Assembly: GCA_942492765.1 (NCBI GenBank)
Contig: OW818634.1
Span: 281,159-345,158, forward strand
Reading direction: 5' to 3'
Source of the DNA: an uncultured bacterium
GTDB taxonomy: Bacteria > Patescibacteriota > Patescibacteriia > Patescibacteriales > UBA12465
Length of the DNA stretch: 64,000 nt
Part shown: positions 63,806-64,000 of the stretch, in pieces
Numbering within the stretch: the first letter of the stretch is position 1
Layout: each line of letters starts with the position of its first letter
Program-made: the position numbers and the translations under genes
The notes under the pieces: model-generated
Told to the model about the DNA's origin: nothing
Database searches by the model: none
Seen by the model: only the letters and a program-made list of their open reading frames with translations

Positions 63806-64000
63806 CTACCACTCCTTAGTCTTATCTATAACTTTATTTTTTAAATCTAAATAAGCTTCCACGGCCTTATGCTCTACCGCCGGTGAAACGAGCCTCAGAA
63901 TCTCTAAACCGAGAATGCGATATTGCTTCCCGACCTTATTCGCCTTCAAGAGCCCCTTCTTCAAGAGGCGCTTCAGGGTGCTATTGCTTATCTTGAGTAT
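63806..64000 (-). CDS. Helix-turn-helix (excisionase/MerR-like HTH_17-type) DNA-binding protein, C-terminal part; 5' end outside window
   Basis: My minus-strand translation from the window edge is ILKISNSTLKRLLKKGLLKANKVGKQYRILGLEILRLVSPAVEHKAVEAYLDLKNKVIDKTKEW with a stop at 63806-63808. The pattern ST..RL...G.L.A.KVG..YRI is typical of small HTH binding domains. Confidence 0.5.
   Translation of the reverse strand: MLKISNSTLKRLLKKGLLKANKVGKQYRILGLEILRLVSPAVEHKAVEAYLDLKNKVIDKTKEW

Noticed and set aside
1-64000. Search for CRISPR arrays, tRNA/rRNA genes, riboswitches or T-boxes, transposases, and alternative genetic code use.
   Set aside because: No regularly spaced direct repeats were seen. 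The intergenic regions are too short (mostly under 30 nt, maximum about 200 nt) and lack cloverleaf- or leader-like structures. The aminoacyl-tRNA synthetase genes have almost no 5' leader. All family-recognisable ORFs are intact under the standard code, so there is no sign of UGA recoding.

Overview
This 64-kb window is gene-dense, with about 60 protein genes and roughly 90% of them on the minus strand. Intergenic gaps are tiny and ATGA start/stop overlaps are frequent. I found no rRNA, tRNA, CRISPR array, transposase or integrase. Gene content and protein style (eukaryote-type IleRS, minimal ProRS, secreted proteins built from repeats) suggest a small-genome, Candidate Phyla Radiation/Patescibacteria-like bacterium; this is inference only. 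The housekeeping backbone is alaS (partial), murB, murC-murG-ftsW-mraY, two mreB paralogs plus mreCD, proS, ruvA, a U32 peptidase, ileS, secA, nrdAB, hpf, rseP, frr and holB. Several glycan-related regions are interleaved with it. (1) A low-GC 3.2-kb cassette at 2.9-6.1 kb splits the mur cluster. It holds a Gmm-like Nudix, a cobalamin-type radical SAM enzyme and an RmlB paralog with an altered catalytic motif. It is the most system-like oddity in the window. (2) A plus-strand GT2/DUF2304/GT4/GT4 operon sits behind a motif-eroded GspE/PilB-like ATPase. (3) An 11-kb co-directional array links mreBCD, nucleotide-sugar genes, an orphan receiver domain, a second mreB, a GT4, an S8 protease with FG-GAP repeats, and a UXS-like enzyme. 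(4) A 10.6-kb Wzx-type glycan assembly locus at 53-64 kb lies next to a 700-aa Ser-linker surface protein. Other notable points are a class Ic-type (Phe-for-Tyr) NrdB with candidate NrdR boxes, a 28-bp perfect inverted repeat that fuses a terminator and a promoter, and a recurring TTGACT-N17-TACAAT promoter pattern. All functional calls come from reading motifs by eye. No database search was possible, so novelty is unverified.
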